In this document: positions 11,881 to 23,585 of the stretch, in pieces
Position numbering within the stretch: position 1 is the stretch's first letter
How the letters are laid out: each line of letters opens with the position of its first letter
DNA from: Vicugna vicugna
Lineage: Eukaryota
Direction: 5' to 3'
Length of the DNA: 64,000 bases
Assembly (NCBI GenBank): GCA_013265495.1
Contig: MU058009.1
Span: 2,296,001-2,360,000 of the forward strand
Made by a program: the position numbers and the translations under genes
The notes under the pieces: model-generated
The model's input: only the letters and a program-made list of their open reading frames with translations
Told to the model about the DNA's origin: nothing
The model's database searches: none

Positions 11881-12099
11881 CAGGGTGACAGTGGCACCTT
11901 TCAGTAAAGAGAAAAGTGGTGCTGATGTAAAACGAGAGATGGTCAATTATTTTGGGCAGAGGCGTGGGAAGAGCATGCGGAGAGAGCGTCCTGCTCTTAC
12001 TCAGTGCATCCTGCCCTTCCAGACCCAGTCCCTCAGGGGGCCGAGGAGCCATCAGGCACAAATCAAATTTTTGTCCTGCTTCCCCCGATCGCCTGCCCC

Positions 12100-12215
12100 G
12101 AACCACGCTTGTCGTGAACTATTTCGGGGCCTCAGATTCCTCATTTGTAAAAGAAAAGGGTTGAAACAGGCATTCCCTTAACTCTCTTCAAGCTTCAGTA
12201 ATTTGTGTTTCTGTA
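12100..12215 (+). mobile_element. MIR SINE fragment
   Basis: Core gcctcagattcctcatttgtaaaa. Confidence 0.65.
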
Positions 12216-13719
12216 GTGAGGAGTCGGAAACATAGAAGGAATAAATGAGGCTCAGTATGAACAGCTTAGAAAGTCGAGGGAATCAGAAGAATAAAGAAGG
12301 AGAGGAGATACTCATGCATGGATAAAAGTTTCATGTTTTTCTGCAGAAGGTAAGAGGATGGCTAAGGCAAGAGAAAGACGCTGCTTGAACCTAGAGAAGG
12401 TGGCTTCAGGAGGAGACCTATAAAGGAATCTGAGAAAGGGAGGTGATGGCAGTCACGGTAAAAGATGGAGAAAACATTAAAATGAGCAGATCGTGTGGAA
12501 GAAGAGCCAACAGTTCTTGGAAGACTAACTGGTGGCAGAGAGCAAAGACGGACAGAGTTGCCTGCTGCTGTTTGTTGTGGAAACAGCAAGGCTGCGGGGA
12601 AGGAAACCCAGGCTCCTCCTTCCACGCCCAGACGGCCGGCAGCAGAGCGTGTCCGGTGAGCGGCAGGCTAGAGGTGTAGCGTGTCACCCGTTCGCCGCTG
12701 GCTACCTTCCCCGGGGTTGTCCTTTCTGACTAATGGCCAGAAGAACGCGGCAGATGAAAGCACACAGGGTCAGGTTACAGAGATAACCAAACAGAGCCAG
12801 GTGACCACGACCCGCTGGGCCGTCCTGAGTCATTGCCACTTACGGATTTTACACTAACGTAAAGGGATGAGGTAAGCCCAACACTCAAGGGAAAAATAAC
12901 TCCTCGTTGAGAAAAACCTGATTTGCACACAGCCCTTGAGGAAACGTACCCAGCCACATAAGGGCATCCTTCATCCCTCTGGGGCCTCACCTTCCACATG
13001 TGTTAACGTGAAGAAGTAAAATGAAAGAAGCTGTGAGACTGAGACGTGACTGTAATTAACACACACGTCACAAAAGAGGAGCAGGGCATTTTCAGAGCTG
13101 GCCTCCAGAGACCCCAGCATCAGACTGGCTGAAGCAGAGCTTCGGAAACTCATAACCAGAGACCTGGGAACTGCTTTACCCTGCTTGGACACCCGTCTGT
13201 GAGATCTGCCCCAAGCTCCACGGTGTGTCTTTTCACCTGGTTTGTTCAGAACTAAAAGGAAAGGGATGAGAATATAAGGACTTTCAAAGAGGCACAGAGG
13301 TGTGCACACAGTGGCAGGAGGAGCCACGAGCCCTTTCCCAGTCTAAGTTCTACACGTTCTATGATTTTCCCAGGTCAGCCATTCCACTACTTTTCCTCCC
13401 TAGTGAATTCTTTTAAAATTATGCCATGATACTTCCAGGCTTAAGGCAGGTTTGAAATTGAGATTAGGCTGAACAGCAGAGCTGAAAAGGGAAAATGTAT
13501 TAAAATAGTAGATTCAAATCGCCGTGAAGCCAGTGGGAGACAAGCATAAAGCCGGAAGGGTCCACGTGAGAACAAGAAGACAGAATATCCCTTTGGCCCA
13601 GAGATGACCTTCACACCTTAGAGGTGCAGCCTGCTTGGGCCAAGACTCCCTTCCCCGGAAGCTCCAGGCCTAGTCCCTGACCGAGGCCCTCCAGGCCTCC
13701 ATGAACTTAAAGCACAGGT

Positions 13720-13845
13720 GGGTCTGTCTCTCCGGCTGGGCTATACGGTCTGCCAGGCAGAGGCCATGTCTGCCTTGCCCACGTTTGTGTCTCCCAAATA
13801 GGAGCTCAATAAACACATGCTGAATGACTGAAGGAAGGAAGGAAC
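13720..13845 (+). mobile_element. L2 3' terminus
   Basis: ggcagaggccatgtctgcc...ctcaataaacacatgctgaatgactgaaggaagg. Confidence 0.65.
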
Positions 13846-13879
13846 GACAGCCTGCTGCCACGCACCTTTCGGCATGGTC

Positions 13880-14050
13880 CAGAGTCACCAGGGAGCAAGT
13901 GGAAAGCGCATGTCACAGTCGGGTACCCACATCTGAAGACTAACATCTTTGGAGGGTGAGGCCTGGACATCTGCTTTTTTGTACAGATCACAAGCTAAGA
14001 ATGGCTTTATTGTTTTAAAGGGGTTGAGAAGAAGAGAGGAGGAGGAGGAG
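13880..14050. mobile_element. hAT-Charlie MITE fragments (MER5-like plus MER58-like)
   Basis: ggagggtgaggcctggacatctgctttttt and caagctaagaatggctttattgttttaaaggggttg. Confidence 0.45.
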
Positions 14051-14239
14051 ACGGATCTTTGGCACACCCAGCTGTACAACCTAACACTCTGCACATCAGT
14101 TTCTACATCTGAAAAGTGGGATAATGACAGTAAATACCTTGCTGACTGTTATGAGGATGTGGAAAGGGCTCGGACGAGTGCGCAGTGCAGAGTAAGGGCT
14201 ATGTGACTGATACGTGGAGCACGAACAGCAGTGAGACCC

Positions 14240-15365
14240 TGTAATGATGTACTTCACGTGTCAACTTAGCTAAGCTACGGTGTTCGGTTGGTTGGTCATT
14301 GCTGCTGTGAATATATTTAGGTGTGATTAACATTTAACAATCATTGGAAAACTGTATGAAGTTTCCTTAAAGAAATAAAACAGAACTACCAAAGGGTCCA
14401 GAAATTCCACTTCTGGGTATTTATCTGAAGAAAACAAGAACACTAACTCATAAAAGATACCTGCACCCCCACAGTCACTGCAGGATTATTCACATTAGCC
14501 AAGATACGGAAGCAACCTAAGTGCCCACTGACGGGTAGATGAATAAAGAAAATGTGAAATATTTTAAAATATAATTCAGCCACCAAGTGAAATAAGTCAG
14601 ACAGGAGAACAAAGATCATATGATCTCACTTATATGTGGAATTTAAAATAACCACCCCAAAAAACAAAAAACAGCCAGCTTATGGTTACAAAGAACAGAC
14701 TGGTGGTTGTTGGAGGTAGAGGGTAAGAGTGGTAAAAATGGGTGCAGGTGGCCAAAAGGTACAAACTTCCAGTTATAAAATAAGTCCTGGGGATGTGATG
14801 TACAGCACGGTAACTGCAGTTAATAATACTGTATTGCATATTCGAAAGTTGCTGAAATAGTCTTAAAAGTTCCCATCACAAGAAAAAAATTTTGTGCCTA
14901 TGTATGGTGATGGTGGTTAATAAGATTTACTGCTGTGATCATTTTGCAGTATATACAAGTATCCGATCATTATGCTGCACACCTGAAACTAACATAATGT
15001 CACGTGTCAATTCTATCTCAATAAGAAGAAATCTTAAGTAGGAAAACTACAGGAAAAAAACCCATTTTCAATCAGTAGCCAACTTTGAGTAAAGTGGATT
15101 ATCCTCCATCATGTGGGTGGGCTCCATCCAATTAGTTGAAGGCTTTAAGTAAATACACTGAGGCCCCCAAAAGGGAAGAAATTCCTCCAGACGCCAAACT
15201 GCATCAGCTCCTGCTGGAACTTCCAGCCCAGCAGCCTGCCTGACAGATTTAGGACCTGCCAGCCCCACGACTGTACGAACCAGTTCATCTCTCTATCATT
15301 GCTACCCACGGATCATCTGTATCTTCTATTGGTTCTGTTTATCTGGAGAACCCCGTGCAACACTG
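14240..15365 (+). mobile_element. MLT2 (ERVL) solo LTR split by an L1 insertion
   Basis: 5' part tgtaatgatgtacttcacgtgtcaacttagctaagc (14240-14343). 3' part from ~15063 has cctccatcatgtgggtgggctccatccaattagttgaaggc...ctattggttctgtttatctggagaaccc. Confidence 0.85.
14344..15060 (+). mobile_element. L1 3' end (L1MA9-like) nested in MLT2
   Basis: aattccacttctgggtatttatc...gcaacctaagtgccc...tatgctgcacacctgaaactaacataatgt...tcaattctatctcaat plus an A-rich tail. Degenerate TSD catttaacaatca / cattttcaatca. Confidence 0.9.
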
Positions 15366-15659
15366 ATGCCAAGTCCCAGTACAGCTCCTGGTTCACACGC
15401 TGCAGGGGAAGAGCTCGTTTGCCTGCCCTGCATTGTCTGTTTTCTTCTGCCTTCTTTTCTTCGTTTGCTTCGTCTCTGTCTTTCATGTTGGAGACCATCC
15501 TCATCCGTAATCCCTGCCTGACCGTGGAAACAATGTATCATGTAGTTGATGGAAACTGCGGATAGGGTTATCAGCCGGTCGCCGGTCGGCTTTATTTACT
15601 GTGGGGTTTCCAGGCATGGACTTGAACTCTTCTGGGGGGAAACTATGTTTGTATGTTGT

Positions 15660-15835
15660 TGGGAGTGAAAGAATTTATCAAAGAAATAAATGTGGGCATA
15701 TTTCCAAGAATTTAAGTACATTAATTTCTAGATGAAGAAAGACTACCGTACGCTCAGCACGTGAATGAAAAAAAGACCCACATCAAGACAACGGTCATGA
15801 AAGCCTGGAACGTTGAAAACACAGGAAAGGTGCTT
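15660..15835 (+). mobile_element. L1/HAL1 ORF1-like fragment
   Basis: tcaaagaaataa...tttccaagaattt...gtgaatgaaaaaaagacccacatcaagaca. Confidence 0.45.
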
Positions 15836-15849
15836 GCGTATGTTTCCCG

Positions 15850-17560
15850 GAGCATGTTTGCGAGTGTCTCTAGAACAGACACCTAGAACTGCCGGAGTCT
15901 GCTAGACTGCACTTCACCGGATTAGCAGATATTGCCACATCGCTCTCCTGTGTGTACCCACGGACAGCAGTGAGTGGGAGCGTAATCACTCGCTGTTTTG
16001 CAATCTAATTGTTATGAATGATACTTAATTATCATTTTAATTTGCATTTTTCTATTTATTAGTGAGGTGGGGCATAGTTCCACATATTTATTGTTCAGAT
16101 TCATTTCTCTGTGAACTGCTTGTAAATATCCTTCGTTCATTTTTCTTACTAATTTGCATAGTTGTTTATGTATGATAGATATTAATCCTTTTTTAGTTAT
16201 AATGTGTTAACAAAAGTCTTTTCCCACTGAATAGCTTTTCTCTTCACTTTGTGTTTCTAATGTTCTCTATATTTTCTTCTAAGTTTTGCATGTTTCTTTT
16301 CAAAAAATTAATACCTCTGGATTATACCTTTTTTATGTATTATTTAGAATAGGGATCCAGCCTTCCTCCCATTCAGATAGGCATCGTTCCTTAAGCAGCC
16401 ATTTTCCACTGACTTGTCATGACACCAAGCTGAGGGATACACATACCTGGATCTCTGTCTGGGTTCTCTGTTCTCTGTGTTTCTCTTTGCATATCCATGT
16501 TACAGTCCCGTGCTCATTTAATTACTTTACTTTCTAAGTGAGTCTATCTGGTAAGATTAATTCTTCTCCATCGTCTCTTCATCTATACAATTGCTTTGGA
16601 TATTTTTAAATATTAAATTTAGAATTAGATGACCTGACAAATCATGTGGGAAAAAAAACTTACTGGTAATTTTATTTTTTGCATTGAAGTTTAATTTGGA
16701 AGATATATAGTCTATTTAAAGTTATGTTAAAGTTCTTTAAATTTCTTTAAGTTCCTTTTAATAATTTTAAAAATACTTTTCTCTACAAATGTCTTTTGCA
16801 TCATTGTTAGAATTATTCCTAGGTACTTGACAGTTTTTGCTGATGTTGCAAATGGAATCTCTTTACAGGATTATACTTCCCATTTGATAATTTTTGGTCA
16901 GTAAGAACACTAATGATTTTTACATATTGATTTTATATACAATGTTTCTAAAATTCTTTCATTAGTACTAACATTGGGATTGTAGGCTCAACTATTCCAA
17001 ATAAACAATTATATCTCCTGGAAAACAATGGCAGTTTTGTTTTATCCTTTCCGATCTCCCTTCTTTCTTCCTACTGAATCAATTTTAATGACTACGGGTT
17101 GATTCATGTTCTTTTTTTCTTGAATCAGTTTTTTAAAAATCCTATTTTCCTGGAAAATTGTCAATTTTGGCCAAGCTTTTATTTTGTTTATTTATTTGTC
17201 TATTTACCTTATTAACATTTAGAATATCTTTCACTATCATATATACATGTTAGGCTATGAGTTTTCCTGTAACTACTGCTTTATCAGCATCCTGTAAGTT
17301 CTTATCCTATTTTCCTTATGATTTAGTTTTAATTATTTTATAATTTCAATCTTTGTTTTTTCTTTGACACGTGAAGTACTCAGGAGTATGTTTTAAATAC
17401 TAAAAAAATACTTTCACTATGGTCAGAGAACACGGTTCTGTGATATCAATTCTTTTGATACTTGTTAAGATTTGCTCTGCAGTATACGAGTCATCAATTT
17501 TTAGAAATATTGTATGTGCAATTAATAAGAAACTATTTGTCTAACATAGATTTTCCAGTC
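15850..17560 (-). mobile_element. Very old L1 (L1ME-like) fragments
   Basis: T-rich antisense L1 motifs: ttttaatttgcatttttc, ttgttagaattattcctaggtact, ctatggtcagagaacacgg. Confidence 0.7.
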
Positions 17561-18679
17561 AAATGTTAATTTCACTTTTTTTGCGTCCTTATGAGAATCT
17601 GGTGTCACTTATAAAGAGTATACATTCATATATATAAATCACTTTTTAAAAATATTTTTCAGTGGTTTTTCTTTAACATCAATATTTCTTAAGTCCTCAA
17701 ACTAAGAAGTTCCCCACAGAAGGATATGCTTTATTTTTTATTTGATGGTAGAACTCTAGGTTGAAATTATTCAACAAAATACAACTGGAGTAATGTGAGA
17801 AAATGTTGAATTTTTCATACCATAGAATAAAGCTGGCTATTTTTGTGGGCTTGAAATTCTAAATATGTGGTTTGTGGTTGTGCCCTAAGTCAGTTTTAAA
17901 TTTTGAGCATAAATATTTAAATGAGAGCTTCTATGATTGTATTTTTGGTATTATTTATTTATTATCATATTTATTTTTAAAATAGGCTTTTCAGTATCAC
18001 ATCTGAAGTAGAAGTTGTTGTTCCACGTACTAGAGAAGTGTTTTAGAGGGTAGTTAGGCAATAGATGTGGTAATTTGATCTGTCATCAATATCAACTAAC
18101 TCAATGAGTTGACAATTAATGTTCAAGAACAGTTCTCTAGGGTTGTAGAAGTACAGAATGAGCTTTGATTAAATTTCTTTAGCCATTCATCAACTACAAC
18201 AAAGACCTCAGGATTTGCTATTGTGAGTCTGATCATCAAGCGTGAACATTTTCTGCATGTTTTCGAGGTCCTGACTCTCATACCCACCAACGTTCTCATT
18301 CCTGGGGCCGCTGCTCTGGGTCTGACCCTCGTCCTCTCTCACTTGGACGGTTTTCATGGCCTTCCTGGCGGTATCCTGCTTCCACTAGCTCTCCTTTTTC
18401 AATCCAGCATGGACCCTGGCACCAGACCTCTTAATCTTTTTTTAAGAAATGAATTGTATGAACCAATGATGGTAGTGTGTCCTTGATTAAGTATTATTAT
18501 TAACCAAGGTATGTGCATATAATTAAAATGTAACACTTATATAAATTATAAAACATAATAAATATTCATGAGCTCACCACCTAGCCTAGGTAGACTATAT
18601 ATACTGATGGAGCCTCCAAGCTGACCCCCAGGGACCTCATTCCAGGGGCTCTGTCTTCTCTTAATGCCTCTCTGAATCC

Positions 18680-18880
18680 TCTGCATCAGGAGGGCAAATG
18701 AGGGGCAGAGAACACAGTGGAAGTTCCAGGCCTGCAAATGGAATACAACCCTTTGCCTGGAGAGGCTAGAACTTAGTCACATGCTGTGTCTAATTGAAGC
18801 AAACCCAGGAAACAGAGTCTTGCTGGTTCCTGGGAAGAAGAGGAAGTGGGTTTGCTGACATTTAGCCAGTCTCTGCCAAA
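18680..18880 (-). mobile_element. MLT1 (MaLR, J/K-like) LTR fragment
   Basis: ggctagaacttagtcacatg...gggaagaagaggaagtgggtttg...tagccagtctctgcca. Confidence 0.5.
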
Positions 18881-19749
18881 TCAAGGATGGTTTTCATAAT
18901 GACGACAGCTTTCTGAAAAGGGGAGCACCCTGTCACCGGAAGTTGTCAGGGGCCAGATCACCGTCCACCTGATAGAGCGGAGGTGGTTATGTATCGGGTA
19001 GAAAGCTGCACTAGATTATCTTTGAGGCGTCTTCCAGCTTCAGAGAAAACTCCAGGTCACCTAATAGCCATAGCAAGAAAAGATAATTAACACGTTCACA
19101 AATCGTGGTCCCATTTGCCCTTCTATTCTTAAGGCCAATTAGCTGTTTAGGTAAGGCTTTTACTATGATTAGAGGTGGTAACAAATGTTTGGGTAGATTT
19201 GTGAATTTCAGATATATTGAGGACATGTGAGTACACTTTTGTGTATTATTATTATAATCAGGCCAAAATATTTACTTAAGTGAATAATTGCCTCTGGTGA
19301 TGAAAATATAAACTAAAGCACAGTGAATACGCTTGCTAATTACCAGCCTTTGTTGAATCGTTACGGCATTAATGTCACGGTCTGAGTGGTAGCTGCCTTA
19401 ATACAGCAGTCTTTATACTAACCCTTAATTACAGGACATCAGGGAGTCTCATAAAAAGATTCTCTCTCACTACGCCAAAGATTCAAGGGGCTTTATGGCG
19501 GGGGGGTGCTTTAAAGTTTCAGTCCTTACCCTGAATTCTCTTTTATCAGATTCCTTTGTCATGTGAAAACTTGGTCATTATACCACCTGGCCATTAGTAG
19601 CACAAGAAATACTGCAAAAGGGGGAAGCTCAAAGATGGAATGGAGCAGTTTCTACCATTTTTATAACGCTTTATACTATATATTATATAATATACCCATT
19701 ACATATTTTATATTTATACATACATTATACCTTTATATATTATAAAGCG

Positions 19750-19990
19750 TATTCATTCCTTCTGTCTTTCAGCCGATATTTACTGAGTTTTCAGTTGTAA
19801 GAGGCAGTGCATTAGGCACTGGAACTTAACCTGAGTAAGATTCAATTCTTTCCTCAAGGAGCTCTTAGTCTTGTAGAGGAATACAAACACGTTAAAAAAA
19901 AAATGCGTCAGAAATCTCTACAAAGTACAACAGAGCACAAAGGGTGGAGTGATTATTTCTAACCGGGGGACCAGGAGGTTGAGAAGAGAG
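19750..19990 (-). mobile_element. L2 3' end
   Basis: attcattcc...atatttactgag...ttaggcactgg...cctcaaggagctcttagtct. Confidence 0.7.
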
Positions 19991-20599
19991 AAGTTTAGAA
20001 AGTGTAATGGCTGGGCTGAGTCACTCATTATCTGTTCTGATAAGTCACATCTGTTCTGCGAGGCAGATGTGACTGCTATCATTCAGATAAAGATAAAGAA
20101 ACCAAGGCTCAGTGGAGTCACAGGAGCTGCCCAAGCAGAGCTGGATGCTGAGTCCAGTCCCCCAGGTTCTTGCTCCACTTACGCAGACTACGCATAGGTT
20201 GCTAAGCTACAGACACACAGCAGAGCTATGGGCCCAGGTCCAGAGCTCTGCACACACCTGCCTTTCGCTCCCTCCTCACTGGGTTAGTTAAGTTCTTTCG
20301 GGGGGCAAGGCTAGATAAGCTCTCTCTTGAGGAGACAAGGCTCTGTGGGCTGGTAATCCTCAACAAGGCTGCAGCATTGCTGTCACGGCAGCTCCCTCCT
20401 CTCCTCTCTTGGGTTCCCATTCACAGGACACAGCCAAGTTCCACTTCTCCGTAAAGCCCTGGCCTTGCAGAGCCACCTCCTGCTCCGATCTTCCCCAGCA
20501 CTGAAACAGACCTCAACTGTCCCTTAGCTGATGATTCTCACCCGTGCCCCTCCCACCTTTCCCAGGCTGTAGACCCCCCAGGCAGGGGTCATCTTGTAA

Positions 20600-20945
20600 G
20601 ATACACGGTCAGCTGACATTCAACAAGAGCACCAAGAATGCCCAGTGGGGAAAGGGCAGTGTCTTCAACAAAAGGTGTTGGGAAAACAGGACAACCATAT
20701 GCAGAACATGGAAACTGGACCGCTATCTTACACCATTCACAAAGGAACTCGAGACAGATCAGAGACTTAAACACAAGACCTGATTCCGTAAAACTCCTAT
20801 AGGAAGACAGACGGAAGAAGCCCCTTGACACTGGTCTTGGCAATGATTTTTTGGGTGTGACACAAACACAAGCACCAACAAGAAAAGCAAAAAACAACAA
20901 ATGGGACATTAAGCTTAAGAGTTTCTGCCCAGCAGAAACAATTAC
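20600..20945 (+). mobile_element. L1 ORF2 fragment
   Basis: Translation [48 protein letters not shown] matches the conserved L1 ORF2 C-terminal region. Confidence 0.92.
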
Positions 20946-22129
20946 AATATGACCAGGCAGTCCTGGGGGCTTCTGAGCAGAAGAGTCATGGACTCTCGGG
21001 GCGAAGTGAGGAAGGGACTGTTGAAGGTGGAGACACGGTGGGGAGGCTGCTCCGGGGTGAGGTAGTGAGGACCTGCAAGGAGGTGAAGAGCAGTGGGGCT
21101 GACGTCAGCCCCGTGTTTTGTGGGCTGGCCACAAGTCAGCGGCTCCCTGCTCTTCTTCACCACCTGTCTGTCCTTTACAGACCGGCCCAAGTCCCCACGT
21201 CTGCACGGAGGATAAGACCCCCAGGCAGGGGGTGTGCCTCCCGCTCCTCCCTGGGCGGGGTCCTGGCAGAGCACCTGGGAATAAAGTACTGGATTCGTAT
21301 TGCTGATGATGATCCTCCCAAAATACCCTCTGGCTTGAAACAATCCTCTTGAACCCAGAGATCTATTTCTCCGGCTCAGATTATAATCCTGAATGAGTGA
21401 TGGTAGAAAAAAATGGGCCAAAGAACAGCCTACTAATAACTCAGAGAGCTCAGATTTAAAGACGGGGCAATCCTTTAATCCCAGGTGAAGCTGCTTCCGC
21501 TGCAAGCCCCAGAGTCCACATCGCCGTGCAGAAGAGCCCTGGCCGCAGTCCCCGGCCGCCTGCTCCCCACAAGGGGCAGGGAACGTTAGCTGTCCCAAAA
21601 GCGGGCGTGACGGGCTGGCCACTTGGGGTCAGGTGGGGCTGGACACTGTCATTTAAGCCATAGCCTGCCTCCATCTCTTCCGGGAGCAATTGGTATGATC
21701 AATACGCAGAGAACCCTCATCCTGTCTTGGCACAGAGGTAGCCTGATATTCACCAAGGCTCTTCCACCCAGAAATCCTGCTTCACAAGCAGAGGAACCAG
21801 TGCGCAAGACTGCAGCCAGGGTCACTGAGGCATGCCACATGGTGACAGAGTGATGGAGTTTCAAGGAGGGAGGGACATTCTCGGCACCACGTCTATCCTC
21901 CTGTCTCAAGCAAGACTGCACTGTCAGCTAACTTGGCTTCTTTATATCACCTGCATTTCCATTTTACTGGAGGAAAGTAGCATTTGGATTAAAAAATAAT
22001 ATAAACTGATCCCCAAATCTCAGAGATCTTTGGGCAACTGAAATTGTGTGTCCATGTATATTAACTTGTAAGTGTGCACTAGGGTAACAGTGATTGCAAA
22101 TGGATGTGTAATATTAATTATCGCATAGT

Positions 22130-22582
22130 ATAGTGGACATTAATTATTTGTGATCATCCTACAGCTTCCAATTCCTCCTGACATTTTGATAATTTACCAT
22201 ATTATGAGTCCTCTCTTTCCAAGGTAGATACCAGAAAAGTGTCACAACTGCATGCCGCACCCAGCTACAGTGTAGTCACATGACCTACGTTCCGGCAAAC
22301 AGACACATGCTCACGAGAAGTGTATTCAGAAGAAGGGGGAGACGGCTACACGAGAGCAGCCATTCTTCAAGCAGGTGCAGCAGCAGAAGACTCCAGATCT
22401 GCAGCAACAGCGCTGGTCCCTGGGTGTAAACTGGTGTGAACTGGGTGCTGCTGCCCACCTTCAGGGTCTGGCTCTTTTGGCCTCCAGATTAGATGAGTTA
22501 CCTAAAATTCTTCAACCATATTTTTAGCTTAAAGTGCCAGAACAGCTTCTGCTGTTTGCCTCTAAAGACTCTGACAGGTGCA
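22130..22582 (+). mobile_element. ERVL solo LTR (LTR33-like)
   Basis: Starts tagtggacattaattatttg, contains gtcacatgacctacgttcc, ends ttagcttaaagtgccagaacagcttctgctgtttgcctctaaagactctgac. Confidence 0.55.
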
Positions 22583-22609
22583 CTGACTGTTGCTACAATT
22601 TTTGACAGT

Positions 22610-23585
22610 GGCTCTTTATACCTGAAGACAAAGGAGTAACACATTTAAGATACTTAAGGAAAGAAAGTATGAGTCAAGGATTTCACATCCAGTCAAGCAC
22701 ACTTTTACACATAAAGGCTTCAGACAAACTGCGATCAACATGCAAGAACGCAGGGCATATGCCGGTGGCCTCCCTGAGGAATCTGCTCGAGGATGAGCTT
22801 TGAAGACAAAATGACTAGAGAACCTCTGACACCAGGTGTGTCCTCCATGAGGCAACAAAACATCCAGGATTCCGCTTCCTTCGTAGCAAATGTCCGGAGG
22901 GGCAAAGCCGCTGGCAAACGTCTGATTCACACCGGTGTGTTCCTGGTCTCGGAAGTGCGGCTCCTGAGTTACGGCTGACTTTGTTTTCCTCCAGCGCCAC
23001 AAAGCGGCTTTGTTCCTTCTAAATCCAAGTTTCATAGTTGTTTTCAGTGAAACAGTTGCTCCGACAGACCATACGTCATTACACTAGACAAAAAAGTATC
23101 GTCCGAATTTGCACTGGAAACACGAGTATGAACTGTGATGTATTTTCTCTTTAAATAGCTCTGTCCACCAGAAAGCTCTCAAAACAACGGCCAACTCAGT
23201 ATTAAAGTTTCACTTTTTTTAAACTTATTTTTTTAATGTTTTAAAATTTTTATTTATTTAGTGGGGGGGTGTGATTAGATTTATCTATATATTTATCTAA
23301 TGGAGCTACTGGGGACTGAACCCAGGACCTCGTGCATGCTGAGCACGCGCTCTGCCTCTGTGCTACTTTCCACCCCAATAAACCCATATATTCTTAATGA
23401 AACAAGCAAATTTTTAAAAAATCTTACTGGTGCACTTGGAGGATGCTAGTGAACCAAATCATTATTTGGAACACTGGCAAATAAAGGTGAAGTACCAAGC
23501 ACTTATCTTGCCTTCCTCACAATAACTGTGCCTCAAATTAACCCAAGAGTCAACTAGGGGGAGAATCTCTTACAGAATTATTAAG
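22610..23585 (+). mobile_element. Old L1-family fragments (HAL1/ORF1-like 22610-22830; L1MC4/5-like 23120-23585)
   Basis: ttaaggaaagaaagtatgagtcaaggatttcacatccagtcaa; tagctctgtccacc; ggaggatgctagtgaaccaaatcattatttgg. Confidence 0.55.
23214..23376 (-). mobile_element. Vic-1-type camelid tRNA-derived SINE
   Basis: Reverse complement reads ggggtggaaagtagcacagaggcagagcgcgtgctcagcatgcacgaggtcctgggttcagtccccagtagctcca, then the ...aatctaatcacaccccccc tail and an A-rich end. Confidence 0.88.

Noticed and set aside
20942..21622. Longest ORF in the track (226 aa, minus strand)
   Set aside because: No recognisable domain, no true ATG start, and composition typical of stop-poor GC-rich non-coding DNA.
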